DNA from: Candidatus Poribacteria bacterium
Lineage (GTDB): Bacteria > Poribacteria > WGA-4E > WGA-3G
Assembly: GCA_963663765.2 (NCBI GenBank)
Contig: CAXXUA010000015.1
Span: 32,001-96,000, forward strand
Direction: 5' to 3'
Length of the DNA: 64,000 nucleotides
Below the pieces are notes generated by a model, which ran no database searches, was not told the DNA's origin, and saw only the letters and a list, made by a program, of their open reading frames with translations. Positions 40,937-52,061 of the stretch are shown in pieces (positions within the stretch are counted from its first letter, which is position 1; each line of letters starts with the position of its first letter). The translations under genes and the position numbers were made by a program.

Positions 40937-42594
40937 TCTGTTTTCTCCTCCTGCTCATTTTCTGAGGTTATTTCTTGCTTTTCTGTTTCAGTTGAATTTG
41001 GTTGTTTTGCGAGGTTTTCCTTCACCAATTCTGCAACTGCAGTTTCAACATCAAAACCCCCGATACTCGCTGTTCGAATAGTACCTTCACCGTCAATCAG
41101 AAAAGCAGTTGGAATTCCTTTGACCCCAAATTCAGTTCTCACTTTACGGTCTTCGTCCCAATAATGAACCCACCCAAGTTCCTCTTTCTTAATGTAATCT
41201 TCAAGAGGTTGTTTAGTCTTATCAAGACTGATTCCGATAATCTGAAATTTCTGATCTTTGTGTTCTTGGAATGTCTTTTTGAGTTTTGGCATTTCTGCGA
41301 TACAGGGACCACACCATGTAGCCCAAAAATCAAGTAGTACAACTTGTCCACGATAGTCTTTCATTGATAGTTTATTGCCACTGATGTCCTTCACTTCTAA
41401 ATCAGGAACTTTTTTTCCAACCCATGCTTGCATTTTTTCCCTAAGTTGTTGCATTGAAATCGGATTCTGGGTTGTAGTTTCTTTTTTCTGTATCTTTAGT
41501 GCAGGTACTGACTTCATTTGTGTGCCTTTTGTAGGTAATTTGGATTCTGAGATAGCCGGTTTCGTAATATTCTCTTTCACCAATTTTGCGACTTCAGTTC
41601 CGAGTGCATCCCCACTAAGATTAGCTTTTCGGACAACACCTTTACCATCAATGAGAAACATTGATGGGATATCACTCACTTTATACTGCTGTGCAATTGA
41701 TTGGTTATGATCCCAATAATGTATCCAATTAAGACCTTCTTTTTTAATAAACGTATCAAGTTTTGTCTTTGAACTATCTAAACTAATCCCAATTATCTCG
41801 AATTTTTGATCTTTGTGTTTTTCATAAGTACGTTTCACGTTGGGTAATTCTGCGATGCATGGTCCACACCATGTAGCCCAAAAATCAAGGAGTATCACTT
41901 TTCCGCGATATTTTTCTAATGAGAGTTCTTTACCTTTTAGGTCTTTTACTTTAAAATCAGGTGCAGGTTTGCCTATTAAATTACTATTAGGACCTGCACT
42001 GACACCATCAGGTGTTGCCAATTTCCCATTTCTTTCAGACCTTTCCAGTATAAGAATCTGTTTTGCCTGCTTTGCATAAGATTTAGACCCAAATTTTGGG
42101 TGTTCTATCAGTTTGTTATAGATTTCATCAGCTTTATCGTGTTTACTCAGTTTGTCAAAAGCTAATCCTAATTCTAACAGACTGGGTTGGACATAGCGTG
42201 CATCAGGATGGTCTTTGATAAGTTTTTCAAAAGCCTTGATACCTTCTTTCACAAGTTCCATTCGGATATATCCGTTGCCAAGATAATAATATACCTCGTC
42301 AACACGTTTGTATTTAGGGAACATTGTGACGAAATTGTTTGCCTTATTAACTAAAACTGCTAAATCTTCAGGATCGTTTTCATTATTCAGTTTTTTGTAT
42401 ATAGCTTTTATTTCTTGATATGCAAAATTAATTTCTGCAGAAACTGCTTCTGTCTTTTCTGAAGTAGGTTCTGCGTGTATGGAATTGTTACTTAATCCAA
42501 TAGCCATAAGAATCACAAGTAAACTTAAACCTTTTACACATGAATTACACACATATTTTCTAATTTCGGTTGTTTTATAATGTAAATCCATCAT
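40933..42594 (-). CDS. TPR + two TlpA-type thioredoxin domains
   Basis: TPR helices; DFWATWCGPC twice. Confidence 0.9.
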   Translation of the reverse strand: MMDLHYKTTEIRKYVCNSCVKGLSLLVILMAIGLSNNSIHAEPTSEKTEAVSAEINFAYQEIKAIYKKLNNENDPEDLAVLVNKANNFVTMFPKYKRVDEVYYYLGNGYIRMELVKEGIKAFEKLIKDHPDARYVQPSLLELGLAFDKLSKHDKADEIYNKLIEHPKFGSKSYAKQAKQILILERSERNGKLATPDGVSAGPNSNLIGKPAPDFKVKDLKGKELSLEKYRGKVILLDFWATWCGPCIAELPNVKRTYEKHKDQKFEIIGISLDSSKTKLDTFIKKEGLNWIHYWDHNQSIAQQYKVSDIPSMFLIDGKGVVRKANLSGDALGTEVAKLVKENITKPAISESKLPTKGTQMKSVPALKIQKKETTTQNPISMQQLREKMQAWVGKKVPDLEVKDISGNKLSMKDYRGQVVLLDFWATWCGPCIAEMPKLKKTFQEHKDQKFQIIGISLDKTKQPLEDYIKKEELGWVHYWDEDRKVRTEFGVKGIPTAFLIDGEGTIRTASIGGFDVETAVAELVKENLAKQPNSTETEKQEITSENEQEEKTE

Positions 42595-42676
42595 ATCCCT
42601 CCAATAGTTGATTGTAAGAAATTGTGTTGTTTGTTGCCTAATTGGATGTTTTCAACAATTTCATTTTTCAATTGAT

Positions 42677-43684
42677 TTAATTTCGAGCATTTTCTTCTAT
42701 GAGTTGAGCAACAGCAGATGGAAGAGCACCTCCTTTGAGGTTTGTTTTGCGGACAATCCCATCGGTATCTATTAGAAAATTCGTTGGAATTTGCCTGACT
42801 CTATACATATTTGCAATCTGTCCATCTTTATCGTGATAGTGTAATCCTTTTATTGCATTTTCTCTAATGAAATCCTTTATATGTTCACTTTTTTTATCTG
42901 TAATTATACCAATAATCTGGAAATTCTGATTATTATATTTAGTATAGGTTTGATTGATAACAGGTATTTCCTTGATAAATCGGTCAGACCATGTTGCCCA
43001 GAAATATAGTAGAACAACGTGACCACGAAGTTGTGCTAACGATACTGTTTGACCCTTTGAATTTTCTATTTGAAAATCCAGAACAGGTTTATCAACAAAA
43101 TTCTCAGGATTGAATGCATCGGACAAGTCTGTTAATGCGTCTCTTCTGTCTATTAGAGAAGTTTCAAGCAATTGCTGCGCACCTTCAGCATATTTAGTTG
43201 CACTGTATTTGGGGTCAAGAACAAGTTTCTTGTAGGCTTCATCTGCTTTTTCATGTCTTCCAACGGTATCGTAAGCTATTCCCAAAGTTAGTAGACTTGG
43301 ACCAATTGATGGAGAACTTGGATAATCATTTATAAACGTTTCAAGGACCTCGACTGCTTCTGGTACGCGATCAGACTGGAGCAAGGCTGTACCAAGTATG
43401 AAGTATACCTCATCCACCTTGATAGATAAAGGTTGTGTCTTAATAAACTCCCTTGATTTCTCAATTAACATTTCAGCAACCGCACTTTCGCTGGAGTTTA
43501 ACAGATCTTTCTCAAGGACTTTAATTTCATTATACCTATCAATAGCACGGACGGTTGATGACTTTGTTGTTTCAGAGGCATTGTACGAACTTGTGACACA
43601 GGAACATAACAGTATCAAATTTGTGATGACTGCTAAATGATATAACCAACTATTTATCTTTCTTATCTTTTTTAGGTTATACAT
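42677..43684 (-). CDS. TPR + TlpA-like lipoprotein lacking CxxC
   Basis: Paralog of the neighbour; FWATWSDRF in place of WCGPC. Confidence 0.8.
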   Translation of the reverse strand: MYNLKKIRKINSWLYHLAVITNLILLCSCVTSSYNASETTKSSTVRAIDRYNEIKVLEKDLLNSSESAVAEMLIEKSREFIKTQPLSIKVDEVYFILGTALLQSDRVPEAVEVLETFINDYPSSPSIGPSLLTLGIAYDTVGRHEKADEAYKKLVLDPKYSATKYAEGAQQLLETSLIDRRDALTDLSDAFNPENFVDKPVLDFQIENSKGQTVSLAQLRGHVVLLYFWATWSDRFIKEIPVINQTYTKYNNQNFQIIGIITDKKSEHIKDFIRENAIKGLHYHDKDGQIANMYRVRQIPTNFLIDTDGIVRKTNLKGGALPSAVAQLIEENARN

Positions 43685-43728
43685 TGTAAGCCTATAATGT
43701 GTATAATATCATTCAACAAGCATAGATA

Positions 43729-44319
43729 TTATATTGCGTTTGAATAAGAATAAGCGAGTAACAACTTTATTTCCGCTACTTGTACTTGTTGCAAAAAACG
43801 GGTTACGTCAGAGTTGGTATTATTTTCGGCTGCCTCACACCAATCAATAAATTGATATGGGTCCCAATGTTCTGCTTTTTCAATAACTTGTGCGATCTGA
43901 TTGAGTTTATCGGATGGATTTGACTGTTCTTTGGCAATAGCAATTGCACGTTCACGAAGATCCGGAAAAATTGAATGTGTACCAACTCTCCCAAACCAAT
44001 ACTTAGCATTGCTGTAATCCGGTTCACGACGATGCATGATACCGTGCCAATAACTGCCAGTGTTATTACTTAATCCTTGTGAGATGTTGTGTGAATCATT
44101 TATAGCATCATTCCAGATGAGTAATCCACTTTTGAGTGCACCACCAAAGACTTCGTCCTTCACCGTTTGCCCTTGGAATAGATCATCAAGTGATGTGGCT
44201 AAGAGTTCCTCATTTAATTCATCACTCCAAGCGTTAGTTGCTACAAGTGGGGGTAGAGGGTTACCTGCTTCTAATTTTTCAATGACTTCGTTTATTGCTG
44301 ATGTGTATGTTACATCCAT
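43729..44319 (-). CDS. hypothetical protein
   Basis: GGAG RBS; motif-like segment SH.ISQ...YWHGIMHRREPDYSNAKYWF. Confidence 0.75.
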   Translation of the reverse strand: MDVTYTSAINEVIEKLEAGNPLPPLVATNAWSDELNEELLATSLDDLFQGQTVKDEVFGGALKSGLLIWNDAINDSHNISQGLSNNTGSYWHGIMHRREPDYSNAKYWFGRVGTHSIFPDLRERAIAIAKEQSNPSDKLNQIAQVIEKAEHWDPYQFIDWCEAAENNTNSDVTRFLQQVQVAEIKLLLAYSYSNAI

Positions 44320-44339
44320 AAGAAAACTCCTTTTTTACA

Positions 44340-44521
44340 CAGGACTTACGTAAAAACGGTAGGTGGTGAATGCCTAAATGGTATTCATACCGTTGGTTTC
44401 TTAATTTCTTGATTTCTTGATTTGGTGCTTTGTAAGCGCGCTGGAAACCCTTAATAATGTTGATAATTACATCATTTTCATCACAATTCTTGATTAAATC
44501 AAGTAAACTGCGTAAGTCCTG
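44340..44521. mobile_element. family A MITE
   Basis: TIRs; TTACA TSD. Confidence 0.85.
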
Positions 44522-44880
44522 TTACAATTGAATGTGTTGAATTTAGTTTAGCATTTTTTTCTATAGATTTCAAGTGATAATGTTTCTGTGGCATAGGTAT
44601 TCAATTGTCACGAAGTATCTTTATTAGAGGACATTTCAACAATAGAATCCCAATAGATTATACATGATTTTTATTGTTCTCAAAACAAGAAGCACAACAA
44701 AACCACACCACCATAAGGTATAATATAACCCATACACAGAAAATAAATTCCAAACTTTTGGTCTTGTACAAATAAGGTGCACCAAAATGACAGACAGACA
44801 GACAAATCAAAGAACAAAAAAGCAGCTGACAAGTCCAAAACAGATACAAAAATACACTGTAAAAAACGATAATAAATCCA

Positions 44881-45002
44881 CAGGACTTACGCAGTTTTCA
44901 CGATCCAATCAAGAATTAAGACGAAAACGATGTAATTTACAGCATTTTTTAGAGTTCCGGCGCGCTTACAAAGCACGCCTACCGTTGGGTGCGTAAGTCC
45001 TG
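44881..45002. mobile_element. family A MITE, empty 122-bp form
   Basis: TIRs; ATCCA TSD. Confidence 0.88.
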
Positions 45003-45333
45003 ATCCATTTAGTTGTTTTTTAAAATTACGTAAATTCAAAAAACCTTCATAAACCTATATCACAACAGTATCGAGAACATTTATGTAAAAAAACGCGCAA
45101 AAAACAACTAAAAATTTCCACAATGAGGACAGGATACACAAAATAGAGGTACTCAATTGTAGATTATTCACACACGCTAACATTATGATATTTCTGTAGA
45201 GGGAGAAAATTGGGGTAGTAAACTCCTACGACAAGAGTAAATTTCGACAATTGAATGTCTCTGTTTCTGTGGATATTGATTGGTTCAAAACTTTGTTGAT
45301 AAACAACTAAATGCGTGATAAACTAATGTCACA

Positions 45334-45825
45334 ATGGCACACGAAAAGATCTATCAAACTAAAGAGCTTGCTGTACTACTGGATGACTTGAAATCCAAGG
45401 GGAAAGTAGTCGTCACAACTAACGGCTGTTTTGATGTGCTGCATTTAGGACATTTGCGTTATCTCCAAGTTGCACGCCAACTTGGAGACCTGCTTGTCGT
45501 AGCAATCAATAGTGATAGTTCTGTACGTGAACTGAAAGGTGTAAATCGTCCGCTTGTACCCGAAACAGAACGTGCTGAAATGCTTGCAGGATTGGAATGC
45601 GTAGATTATGTTGTCATATTTCCAGAGTTAACACCAGTGAAAGTACTTGCTGATCTCAAGCCAATTATACATGTTAAAGGTGGTAACTATGAATTAGAAG
45701 AACTTGTCGAAAGAAAAGTCGTTGAAGCAAACGGTGGAAAAGTCGTTATTGGCTTAAATGTCCCTGGTAAATCAACAACGAACATAATTGATTTAATAAT
45801 CGAACGGTATGGAAATTCATTGTAG
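45334..45825 (+). CDS. rfaE2: ADP-heptose synthase adenylyltransferase domain (RfaE2/HldE C-terminal)
   Basis: TNGCFDVLHLGH, NSD.SV..LKG..RP, VKGG.Y, STT. Confidence 0.88.
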   Translation: MAHEKIYQTKELAVLLDDLKSKGKVVVTTNGCFDVLHLGHLRYLQVARQLGDLLVVAINSDSSVRELKGVNRPLVPETERAEMLAGLECVDYVVIFPELTPVKVLADLKPIIHVKGGNYELEELVERKVVEANGGKVVIGLNVPGKSTTNIIDLIIERYGNSL

Positions 45826-45867
45826 ACATTTTAAATTTATTTAATGTCTATTAAATTATGTCTCATT

Positions 45868-46281
45868 AGCTTCGGAGATCTGGTAGGAGCAACCTCCCGA
45901 TCGCGAACGGAAAGTCGCTCCCACAGAAGATGTGTATAATTATTTCAATAATTCACCATAAATAATCTTGCATCGTTGAGTATAAGTGTACGGGGTTATT
46001 CAGTTTTCCTAATTTTTGGATTTTTGAAAAAGAAACCCTGCGGTAGGAGCGACCTCCCGGTCGCGATTTTCTAAAGCTTCGGAGATCTGGTAGGAGCGAC
46101 CTCTCGATTGCGAACGGAAAGTCGCTCCCACAGAAGATGTGTATAATTATTTCAATAATTCACCATAAATAATCTTGCATCGTTGAGTATAAGTGTACGG
46201 GGTTATTCAGTTTTCCTAATTTTTGGATTTTTGAAAAAGAAACCCTGCGGTAGGAGCGACCTCCCGGTCGCGATTTTCTAA
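45868..46281. repeat. 207-bp tandem duplication containing GGTAGGAGCGACCTCCCGGTCGCGA REP-like units
   Basis: 45868-46074 nearly identical to 46075-46281. Confidence 0.9.
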
Positions 46282-46317
46282 GGAAACAGCAAAAATGCCA
46301 AAAACTGAATAACCCTG
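46198..46317. mobile_element. family B MITE, 120-bp form
   Basis: TIRs; 9-bp TSD ATAAGTGTA; similar copy at 55107-55226. Confidence 0.85.
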
Positions 46318-46465
46318 ATAAGTGTAGTTATAAACTGAAAAAAGTGCTATAATTTCTAGCATGGACGATTGTCTTTTGAAGATTTTGATTTGTATTTTCT
46401 TGATTAAGGACATTTGACCTATTTGTTCAAGTATTTTTACAAAGGTATTGATTAGAAGGAGACTT

Positions 46466-47665
46466 ATGAAATATAGAAACATCTCAATTTGCGTTTTGGT
46501 ATTGGCAATTTCTGCTATTTTAATATTTTTATCAGGTTGTGAAAGTATCCCAGATATAATGGATACTACAACGTCCCCAATGGACACCACAAAGGAAGAA
46601 ATCACAGTTGGTATCGTATTTCCTATGTCAGGTAGGCTTGAATTTTCATTTGGTTATCCGATGCATCGCACACTACAAATTGCCCTTAGAGAGGTTAATT
46701 ATTCAAAACTAACAAAAGTTAAGCTTAAGTTTATCTATGAGGATGATCAAAGCACCGTGGAAGGTGCGATAAATGCCTACAATAAACTAATTCATGAAGA
46801 CAAGGTTTCTATTATTCTTGGACCAGCAACTTCATCTGCAGCCAAAGAAACCTTCCCGATTGCGCAGGAAAATCAGGTTGTTGCGATTAGTCCGACATCC
46901 GCAGCCCGTGGACTCAGTGCAATAGGTGATTATGTTTTCCGTATAGCTCTTACCACTGATGTTTTGGTTCCGAATGGTGTTGAAAAAACGCATGCAATTC
47001 TTGGATATCAAAAGGTAGCAACGTTATATGATGAAACCGATGCGTTTTCAATTGATGGTGACGCAGCTACACAAGAAGCACTCGCTGCCAATGGAGTTAA
47101 TATTCTTCTAACTGAAACATTTCGTGGAGGTGAAACTGTTGATTTTTCTGAACTACTCACGCGGATTAATGAATTGAATCCTGATGCTATCTTTGTTTCT
47201 TCCTTACCGGGGGAAAAGTCTGAAATACTTATCAAAGGTCATGAACTCGGTATAACTGCTCCATTTATCATGCGAACGTTAACAGATGAGGATGTGGAAG
47301 CAGCTGGTGAAGCAGCGGAAGGTGCTATCACATTTGTTGGATGGGGTTCTAATGTAGATACGCCGGGAAATCAAACATTTATTCAAGAATATGGAAATTG
47401 CCAACCCTATGAAGATTGTGCAGTTGGATTTCCTGGACCGAAACCGAACAACTATGCTGCGCGCACTTATGCTGCGCTTTATGTCTTAGCAGAAGCAATT
47501 GAAAATGCAGTATCAACAGATACAGCAGATATTCGAGACGCACTCGCGAATATAAGTGATTATGATACCATTTTAGGTCAGTTCTCTTTTGATGAAAACG
47601 GAGACGCTGTTTATGATCCGAAAATTCTGATTGTCAAGAATGGTGAATTGGTCCTGTTTGAATAG
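46466..47665 (+). CDS. branched-chain amino acid (LivJ/K-type) ABC substrate-binding lipoprotein
   Basis: AAGGAG RBS, lipobox LSGC, EDDQS, ILGP..S, G.FSFDENGD. Confidence 0.88.
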   Translation: MKYRNISICVLVLAISAILIFLSGCESIPDIMDTTTSPMDTTKEEITVGIVFPMSGRLEFSFGYPMHRTLQIALREVNYSKLTKVKLKFIYEDDQSTVEGAINAYNKLIHEDKVSIILGPATSSAAKETFPIAQENQVVAISPTSAARGLSAIGDYVFRIALTTDVLVPNGVEKTHAILGYQKVATLYDETDAFSIDGDAATQEALAANGVNILLTETFRGGETVDFSELLTRINELNPDAIFVSSLPGEKSEILIKGHELGITAPFIMRTLTDEDVEAAGEAAEGAITFVGWGSNVDTPGNQTFIQEYGNCQPYEDCAVGFPGPKPNNYAARTYAALYVLAEAIENAVSTDTADIRDALANISDYDTILGQFSFDENGDAVYDPKILIVKNGELVLFE

Positions 47666-47746
47666 AGTTTGGTAGATCTATTTCAATCTACCGTTGGGTT
47701 CGTAAGTCCTACTATTATTTTGACAATAAATAACCAAAAGGAATTC

Positions 47747-48601
47747 ATGCAAGAATCCTTAGATCAATTTTACACTAAGCAAGAAATAGCAGTATCATGT
47801 TGGAAGCATTTTACTGATACGGTTTGCACACTCAACAGAGATGTCAACGACCTATTTTTTGTTGAACCTTCTGCCGGTACTGGTGCGTTTTTCAAACTCT
47901 TACCTCCAGAACGTAGGTTTGGGATAGATATCGCACCAAAATGTGATGAGGTAAAACCGCAAGATTTTTTTCAATTCTCTGATTTTCCTGCACATCCTAA
48001 AAATACAGTGATTATCGGCAACCCGCCTTTTGGTAAACGTGGTAAATTAGCAATGGCTTTTTTTAATCATGCTGCACGTTTTGCAGATATCGTTGCTTTT
48101 ATTGTACCTCTTACTTTTAGAAAATATACAGTTCACAAGAACCTTGATCCGAGTTTGCGATATATTAGTAAATTAATATTGCCGAGGGATGCGTTTGTGC
48201 TTGATAATGGAAACCCTTTCTCTGTCAATACAGAATTTCAAATATGGACACGCTTGTTGAGTGAACATCAGAATTTACGAGAACTTAGACCATTACCAAT
48301 TTCACATCAAGATTTTCAGTTATGGCAGTATAACAACACACCGGAATCTCTTAAAGTCTTTCATAATACATTTGATTTCGCTGTCCCGTGCCAAGGATGG
48401 CAAGATTATACTCGTAAGGAAACAGATGAAAAAAAATGCGAACGAAGCAAACAGTGGATCCTCTTGAAAGCAATTAATTCATCAGTTTTAGATCGGTTGA
48501 AGCACATTGATTATGAACGTTTGGCACGTGAATGTGCTACAGCAATTCCTGGTTTTAGAAAAGCTGACCTTGTGAAGGAATATTCAGAACTCTATGAGTA
48601 A
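47747..48601 (+). CDS. orphan SAM-dependent DNA methyltransferase (N6-adenine type)
   Basis: DQFYT, EPSAGTG (motif I), GNPPFG (motif IV). Confidence 0.8.
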   Translation: MQESLDQFYTKQEIAVSCWKHFTDTVCTLNRDVNDLFFVEPSAGTGAFFKLLPPERRFGIDIAPKCDEVKPQDFFQFSDFPAHPKNTVIIGNPPFGKRGKLAMAFFNHAARFADIVAFIVPLTFRKYTVHKNLDPSLRYISKLILPRDAFVLDNGNPFSVNTEFQIWTRLLSEHQNLRELRPLPISHQDFQLWQYNNTPESLKVFHNTFDFAVPCQGWQDYTRKETDEKKCERSKQWILLKAINSSVLDRLKHIDYERLARECATAIPGFRKADLVKEYSELYE

Positions 48602-48621
48602 AGTCAATGATCTGATTTAAG

Positions 48622-48790
48622 TAGGACTTACGCACCCAACGGTAGGCGGGGAATGCCTAAATGCGAATGCGCGTATGGCATTCGCCATGATTCATACCGT
48701 TGATTTGGCGCAGGAAACCGAAAAAATGCTGAAAATTACCCCATTTTCGTCATAATTCTTCATCAAATCATGAAAACTGCGTAAGTCCTG
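48622..48790. mobile_element. family A MITE
   Basis: TIRs; TTAAG TSD; nested hairpin insert. Confidence 0.85.
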
Positions 48791-48849
48791 TTAAGTATTT
48801 AGCATGAATCAATGAATTTTGTGGAATAGACATTCAGCATTGATAATTG

Positions 48850-49977
48850 CTACCTTCCAAACCGTTCTAACCGATACGGATTAAACCACTCCACACGTGC
48901 ACCATCAAGAATTTCCATTGTTGCCATCTCCCCTACTAAGGGAGCTAAAGTAACCCCACTGTGCATTAAAGCAATATACAGGTTAGGCACAGTTTTTGTA
49001 TATCCGAGTATTGGAAAACCATCAAGTGGCATCGGTCTATATCCAACAGGTGTAGGAATTGCCTCTGCAGTCCCTATAGCAGGTAGATAGGTTTTTGCTT
49101 GAGCAAGCAGCGAATCCGCATGTTTTTGTGAATCATCACGGTTAATTCCTTCTTGAGTTCCTTGTCCTATTCTGAGTGTGCCATCTGCTAATTGCCGTAG
49201 ATGTAGGTGTTGATGATTATCATTCACCGACGGAGCGTGAATGATAGCTACATTGTGTAAGACATTCGCACAAGGACTTGTCTTAATTACTATGCCGGGA
49301 CTGCGTTGTTGTGGTATGTGAACACCTACCAGAGCAGCAAGTTCAGTTGTCTTAACACCGGCTGCAAACAAAACCACATCACACTCAAAATCATCACCAT
49401 AAGTTACAACTGAAACAATTCTGCCTTTCTTGACGACAAAGTCTCTAACATGGAGCATGTTGTACACTGCAGCTCCGTTATCCATCGCACGATCCAAACA
49501 AGCAGTTATGAACTATTTTGTTTCTATGTGTATATCTGCTTCTGAATATGAGGCAGCTTCTACAGTCCCTGGGCTTAATTTTGGTTCGAATTCCAGCATT
49601 TCATCAGAATTGATAAGTCTGCATGGATATCCCCATTTTTGAAGTTTCTGAATTCGGTGTTGTAGTTCTGCAGCGCGTTCTTTATTATTCTCCCATCGCA
49701 TTTCGCCACCAGAATGTATTCCAATATCAACATTGAGTTGATGTGCGATCCTATACCACATATCTAACGCACACCGATTAAGGGCATGATAATTACGGGG
49801 GTCTTTCCCGAAAGCATTCACCCATGCAAACGAGTGTGCTGATGCAACCCCTTCTGATCCACTATCACGAATAATAGATATGTTGCAACCAAATCGTTTT
49901 GAAAGATTATATGCAATAACTGCACCGATAACACCTGCTCCGATTATAACGATTTTTTTGTTTTTTGCTGATGTCAT
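48850..49977 (-). pseudogene. FAD-dependent oxidoreductase (DAO/glycine oxidase family) with one in-frame TAG
   Basis: GAGVIG dinucleotide motif, GYRPMP.DG, HSGVTLAP; both halves share a frame: ACA AAA TAG TTC ATA ACT GCT TGT TTG. Confidence 0.8.
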
Positions 49978-50059
49978 CTTTAGTATAATTCTCTGATTCT
50001 AAGTAGAATGGGTATGCATGTGGTTGGAATGATAAAATTCCTTAGCAATAATTACTGGA

Positions 50060-50686
50060 CTAACGATGTGCTACAACAATAAATCCTGTCAATCCTGTCA
50101 ACAGCATTTGAAAACCTGTTTGATAAAATAACAAAAGAAAAGGTTGACAAAGAGAAATCAAACCGAGAGCTATCAATCCGATGGTGATTCGTTCACATAA
50201 TACCTTGTGTGAATTGGCAATTGAAAAAACAATAATGCTGGGAAGTAGCATAGGAAGTGCTGAAGCGTTGAGAGCTGGTATCGCGGATTGATAGAGGAAA
50301 CCGATCCCGATCAGGGTTCCAACTGCGGAGACAATCGTAGCCATTCGTGTTGCTGTGGTTGTCATACCAAACGCAATTGCACCTGCGAATAAGAGATGCA
50401 AAGCAGAACCGCTCAGGATTGATGGAACAGGTAGATATAGAAAACACAATCCAATAATCATTCCTATACCAGAAATAAGTGCGATTCGTTGTTTGTTATT
50501 AAAACTAACACTTGCAAGGATCGCGCTTATACTCATAAGCAGAAATGATAAACCTTTTAGTAGCACGTTGAGTTGTTTGATATTCTGAGACGTTCCAAAT
50601 ATATTTTCTAAGCTGAGATATAGAACGACTATGCTAATAAGTATAAAAGTGATGGATAATACCTGATTTCGTTTCCGTTTTTCCAT
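50060..50686 (-). CDS. hypothetical integral membrane protein
   Basis: Multiple hydrophobic helices. Confidence 0.7.
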   Translation of the reverse strand: MEKRKRNQVLSITFILISIVVLYLSLENIFGTSQNIKQLNVLLKGLSFLLMSISAILASVSFNNKQRIALISGIGMIIGLCFLYLPVPSILSGSALHLLFAGAIAFGMTTTATRMATIVSAVGTLIGIGFLYQSAIPALNASALPMLLPSIIVFSIANSHKVLCERITIGLIALGLISLCQPFLLLFYQTGFQMLLTGLTGFIVVAHR

Positions 50687-50768
50687 AATTCCTTTTACAT
50701 TTTGTTGATTAGCATTACCAACGTATTAGCATTTGTAGGTGCATGGTTTAGAATAATTACTAAAATGC

Positions 50769-51203
50769 TCATTTGCCAATTTTAAACAAACGGTCTTTCC
50801 ATGATTTTGATTGTTCGTCTTGCAAGTTGTTGATCTGTACTCGCAAATCGGCTCTTTCTTCTTGCAAGGATTTTACCTTGTCTTTGAGTGTAACGATTTC
50901 TACTTCCAATTTTTCATTGTTTTCACGAAGATAAGCAATGTGAATGATTTGACAGATTAGGTTCTCAATAATATCGTTTGTGGGTATATTGAAACTCAGT
51001 TGTGTAATCAATGGAGCTAAACCGTCAATCCGTAACTGAAGAATTGGTTTTGATTCTTCTGTCTCAGTATCATCTGAAGGTGCAGCGACAATTCTCAGAA
51101 AAGGTTCAATTTCCAGAGGTTTTCGTTCTAAAGTTTGTTTTATTATATCTTCATCAACACCGATGATTTCGGCAATATCAGAAGGATTCATATAGAGTTC
51201 CAT
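50769..51203 (-). CDS. hypothetical protein (possible HTH N-terminus, coiled coil)
   Basis: DIAEIIGV; heptad C-terminus ending SWKDRLF. Confidence 0.6.
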   Translation of the reverse strand: MELYMNPSDIAEIIGVDEDIIKQTLERKPLEIEPFLRIVAAPSDDTETEESKPILQLRIDGLAPLITQLSFNIPTNDIIENLICQIIHIAYLRENNEKLEVEIVTLKDKVKSLQEERADLRVQINNLQDEQSKSWKDRLFKIGK

Positions 51204-51296
51204 GTTATATACCCTAAGTTGATAGAATTATCTTATGTAATAGGCCACAGAAGTGAAGTCAAAATGTGTACTTAATCATAAAGGTCAATGGGCTGT

Positions 51297-51911
51297 TTAG
51301 GCTTGAACAGAATCTCTTTTAAGAACACGGATCATGTGTCGGAAATAACTGAAAAAGGAGATGAAGACAAAAATTATCGCTATACACAAACTATAGAACT
51401 CAATATTTTCTGGTAAAGGTTTATTCATGGAACGAAAAACATATAAAATAACCGTAATAGATAAAAGGAAACTGGTACATTTCCCCCATAAATTAGACCG
51501 TGTAATCATCTTTGCTTTGTAAGCGAGATATGCGTTCCCAATCACAATTGCAACATCACGAAGCACAACAAGGACAAATGCCCACATAGGAAATTCAGAG
51601 GTAGTTAGGACGAGTGCAAAGATGCCTGCGCCGAGTGCACATTTGTCAGCTATAGGGTCGAGAATATAACCCAATTCTGAATGTTGATTTAGGATACGGG
51701 CAAAAAAACCGTCTAATAAATCAGAAATAACCGCAATAGCCCCTACTAAAATTGCCAGTTTATAGTTCTCTTGGCAAATTGACCAAAAAAGGACAGGTAC
51801 AATCAGCAATCGAAAAGTAGAGATCATATTGCTGATGTATAGGAAATCTCTTGGTGAGATTTGGATTGTCCGCGTATCTGTGAATTGGTGTATAGATGCC
51901 TTAAGTGCCAT
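51297..51911 (-). CDS. CDP-alcohol phosphatidyltransferase (PgsA-like)
   Basis: SDLLDG..AR......LG..LDPIADK. Confidence 0.88.
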   Translation of the reverse strand: MALKASIHQFTDTRTIQISPRDFLYISNMISTFRLLIVPVLFWSICQENYKLAILVGAIAVISDLLDGFFARILNQHSELGYILDPIADKCALGAGIFALVLTTSEFPMWAFVLVVLRDVAIVIGNAYLAYKAKMITRSNLWGKCTSFLLSITVILYVFRSMNKPLPENIEFYSLCIAIIFVFISFFSYFRHMIRVLKRDSVQA

Positions 51912-52061
51912 GATCCTATTTGACAAATTGTTGTCATTATATATTTTCAATGTTACCAAAACCAATACTGGTGTATAACAGTTTTGGAACAACATTATAC
52001 GAAGTCATTACCTTATATTGATGTAATCCTCCGCACAGATCTTATTCTGATATTTTGTAAT

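Noticed and set aside
49513-49515. Pyrrolysine recoding
   Set aside because: No pyl genes in the window, not a known Pyl protein family, and TAG is used as an ordinary stop elsewhere
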